A program made the position numbers and the translations under genes. Below are positions 56,574-59,206 of a stretch of DNA of 59,206 nt, one piece after another. The DNA lies in assembly GCA_024404505.1 (NCBI GenBank), contig JAKSPU010000004.1, positions 1 to 59,206 of the forward strand, given 5' to 3'. The DNA comes from Clostridia bacterium. GTDB taxonomy: Bacteria; Bacillota; Clostridia; Oscillospirales; CAG-272. Below the pieces are notes generated by a model. That model was not told the origin of the DNA. It searched no databases and saw only the letters and a list, made by a program, of their open reading frames with translations. Numbering within the stretch: the first letter of the stretch is position 1; each line of letters begins with the position of its first letter.

Positions 56574-57706
56574 AAAAAGTCAAGAGCAACGACGGCATCG
56601 CCGCGTGGAAGATCGACAACGGGCTTGAGCGCTTTCTCGGAAAGTGCGCCGACCGCGGCGAGTTCGGGAAACGGCTGTACGTAGGCTTTTACCGCCTCTT
56701 TGACGCCGAATACTACAAGAAGGGTCTCAAGTTCATCGACCGCAACATCGAGGCCTTCGTACCGGGCGGCGTGACCGAAAAGCAGCATAAGCAGTATGTC
56801 CGCGATATGGTCTACTCGCTGCACCGCTTCGGCTGTATGTTCGACGAGTATTTCATGTTCAGATACCCCGTACTCAACACCAAGGGGCGCGAGGCGTTCA
56901 TCACGGACAAGAAGCGCTGGGATTACTACGCCCGCATGAACAGGGACGAAAACAAGATCCTGTTCAACGACAAGGAGAAGGCGTACGAACTGTTCGGTAA
57001 GTACTATCACCGTGAGTTGATCAAGATCACCGGCGAGGGCGACAAGGAGCTGTTCAGCGCGTTTGCCGCACGTCACACGCGGTTTATCGTCAAGCCGTAT
57101 GACGGCAGCGGCGGCAAGGGCATCGCTATCCTCGATTCCGCCGACTTTTCCGACACGGACGCGCTCTTTGCCGAAGTCCTGAGCCGCGGCACGACCGTCT
57201 GTGAGGAGCTGATCAAGGAAGTCCCCGAGCTTCAGGCGCTGCATCCCTCCTCCATCAATACCGTCCGCGTCCCGACCGTGCTGGCCGGCGGAGAGGTACA
57301 TATCTTCTGCCCGTTCATGCGTATCGGCAAGGGCGGCTCGGTGGTGGATAACGCCGCCTCCGGCGGTGTGTTTGCCGCGGTCGACCCGGACACCGGCATC
57401 GTGACGAGCAGAGGCATCGACGAGCACGGACATGAGTTCCTCGTACACCCGGACACCGGCTTCGTTATCCCCGGCTTCCGCATCCCGCGCTGGGACGAGG
57501 CGGTCGCGCTGGTCAACGAGCTTGCCCGCGTCGTGGAGGGCAACCACTACTGCGGATGGGATCTGGCCCTCACCGAAGACGGCTGGATCATGGTCGAGGG
57601 GAATCCCCGCGGTCAGCTCGTGGAGCAGTATGTCACACACAACGGATGCCGTGAGGAGCTTGAAAAGCTGATCGGCATCATCGAAAAAGAGAATACGGAG
57701 GCTTGA
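56570..57706 (+). CDS. Sugar-transfer-associated ATP-grasp protein (ATPgrasp_ST)
   Basis: IVKP.DGSGGKGI, SINTVR, VDN..SGG, HPDTG, GWDLA, VEGN. Confidence 0.8.
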   Translation: MKKVKSNDGIAAWKIDNGLERFLGKCADRGEFGKRLYVGFYRLFDAEYYKKGLKFIDRNIEAFVPGGVTEKQHKQYVRDMVYSLHRFGCMFDEYFMFRYPVLNTKGREAFITDKKRWDYYARMNRDENKILFNDKEKAYELFGKYYHRELIKITGEGDKELFSAFAARHTRFIVKPYDGSGGKGIAILDSADFSDTDALFAEVLSRGTTVCEELIKEVPELQALHPSSINTVRVPTVLAGGEVHIFCPFMRIGKGGSVVDNAASGGVFAAVDPDTGIVTSRGIDEHGHEFLVHPDTGFVIPGFRIPRWDEAVALVNELARVVEGNHYCGWDLALTEDGWIMVEGNPRGQLVEQYVTHNGCREELEKLIGIIEKENTEA

Positions 57707-58767
57707 TCATCGTGTGGATCAACAGACGGATATACGAGCTGCGCGGCATCAAAAAGATCCTTGAACAGCCCACCTACGAAAAGGACAAGCCGCGTAAATC
57801 CAAGGCAAAGCGCCGCAAGGAGCTCTTGAAATGGCTTCGGAAATACAAGGAAGTCAATAAGTTCTATAACCTCTACGGCTGCGACGTGGAGGGAGTCGAT
57901 CCGGAGACCTTCGTGGATTATCGTATCAACTTCATGGGCAACCGCGACAGACTGAATTACTCCGGCAAGCCCTTCTCGCAGGTCGGTCTGCTTCAGGACA
58001 AGTTCCAATTCTATAAGTACATGAGCGTCAACGGTATCCCCGTGGTACCCGTTTTCGCGTTCCAGTGCGACGGCAGGCTGTACGACGTAAATATGAATCC
58101 GGTCGACCCGGACGCCACCCTCGGGCATGAGACCAACCTCTTCGTGAAGTGCATCGACGGTCTGGGCGGCGACGGCGTGTACCATTTCAATGACTACGAG
58201 GCATACAAGGCAGCCGCGGACAAGCTCGCGCACGGAAAGTTCATTATCCAGCACGGGATCAGACAGGCGGCCGAAATCAACGCTATGTACAGCGGGGCGA
58301 TCAATACCCTCCGCCTCGTCACGACGAACGACGGGCAGAACGTATCCGTCTTCGCGGCCGCGTTCCGGATCGCGACCTCCTACTCCGGCAAGGTCGATAA
58401 CCTGAGCGCGGGCGGCATCGCCGTCGGCGTGAATCCGGACGGCTCGCTGAGGCCCCTCGGCAAGATCAAGAAGCTCAAGGATAACTTCGACACGTCGCTT
58501 TCGGAGCATCCCGATACGCACGTCGTATTCGCCGATTTCCGGATCGCGGCCTACGATCAGGCCGTCGAGCTGGTCAAGAAGGCTCACAGGTTCTTCTATA
58601 ACGTCCCGAGTATCGGCTGGGACGTGGTGTTCACCGAGGACGGCGTGCAGCTGCTTGAGGGCAACGATAACTGGGGAATGTCCCTGATCCAGAGCACGAA
58701 CGGCCCGATGCGGGAAAAGTGGCTGGCTTTCGTGGCACAGATCGACGCCGCCCGGAATCAGAAGTGA
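57703..58767 (+). CDS. Sugar-transfer-associated ATP-grasp protein (ATPgrasp_ST)
   Basis: DK, FVK..DG.GG.GV, INTLRLVT, VDNLSAGG, HPDT, IGWDV, LEGN; TTG start overlaps the upstream stop, GGAGG RBS. Confidence 0.75.
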   Translation: MIIVWINRRIYELRGIKKILEQPTYEKDKPRKSKAKRRKELLKWLRKYKEVNKFYNLYGCDVEGVDPETFVDYRINFMGNRDRLNYSGKPFSQVGLLQDKFQFYKYMSVNGIPVVPVFAFQCDGRLYDVNMNPVDPDATLGHETNLFVKCIDGLGGDGVYHFNDYEAYKAAADKLAHGKFIIQHGIRQAAEINAMYSGAINTLRLVTTNDGQNVSVFAAAFRIATSYSGKVDNLSAGGIAVGVNPDGSLRPLGKIKKLKDNFDTSLSEHPDTHVVFADFRIAAYDQAVELVKKAHRFFYNVPSIGWDVVFTEDGVQLLEGNDNWGMSLIQSTNGPMREKWLAFVAQIDAARNQK

Positions 58768-58783
58768 CAAAGGAGAAGTCCGC

Positions 58784-58900
58784 ATGAGCGAACTCACGAC
58801 GTTGGTAAAGACGCTGAGCCGGGACATTTCCGCGATCTGGAAAGATGAATCGTTCGGGCCGTTCGACGAATTATACCAGTTTTCGTACGATGCCTTGTGA
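58784..58900 (+). CDS. Short 38-aa ORF or truncated gene remnant
   Basis: AAGGAG RBS, ATG 16 bp after the operon's last stop; MSELTTLVKTLSRDISAIWKDESFGPFDELYQFSYDAL. Confidence 0.35.
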   Translation: MSELTTLVKTLSRDISAIWKDESFGPFDELYQFSYDAL

Positions 58901-58976
58901 TTTCAGCGTTCGGGGACCTACCCCCTCCCGTGCGCGGGAAATAAAGGAAGACCTGCGCTCTGCCGTCTGAAACCCA

Positions 58977-59206
58977 GCGTTTCCGCATCGCCGGAAGTGC
59001 TGTTAAACCTTTTTCCCTCCCCCCTGCCCCCCGCCCCACAGGCGGGGGGAAACTTTATTATTAAAGCAGGGAGAAGGGCCGCCTGCGGGCGGCCCTTCTC
59101 CCTGCACTCTCATCCTGCGGGACGCGGCCTTTATGTAAGAGTGGGTCAGGGGTCCCCGCGACTGCGTTTCAAAAAAGGCGGGCGCCCATGACGGCACCCA
59201 CCAATC
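58977..59206. repeat. Multi-hairpin intergenic repeat family, copy 5 (runs off window end)
   Basis: GCGTTTCCGCATCGCC start, hairpins A, B (59066-59105), D (59177-59202); close to the reverse complement of 31515-31656. Confidence 0.85.

Overview
GC-rich bacterial chromosomal window, probably from an anaerobic Clostridia-type (Bacillota) organism; this is inferred from lipoprotein solute-binding proteins, sigma70/SigA promoters and GGAGG ribosome-binding sites. It holds about 38 genes dominated by carbohydrate foraging. These include eight lipoproteins, four GH99/GH71-like paralogs, GHL10, GH28, DUF4091 and SGNH proteins, two large (alpha/alpha)6-type enzymes, three orphan solute-binding proteins and FucU. 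Two AraC-flanked catabolic operons are present: kinase-SIS-DegT-DegT', and ulaE-lyxK-araD-cupin isomerase. The window also carries a P1B ATPase, an LTA-synthase-like sulfatase, a double GNAT, a cyclase and a four-ATP-grasp operon. The main unexplained signals are: (1) a Cys-containing C-terminal anchoring tail (K-x(0-1)-G-C-x-S, hydrophobic helix, basic end; no LPXTG) on two secreted proteins; (2) a family of 150-315 bp multi-hairpin intergenic repeats with compensatory base changes, mostly between convergent genes; (3) a DegT aminotransferase pair with complementary loss of active-site motifs, suggesting a single-site heterodimer; (4) a decarboxylase-less L-xylulose pathway with a candidate new cupin isomerase. 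No rRNA, tRNA, CRISPR array or transposase was recognised. All calls are by eye, without database searches.
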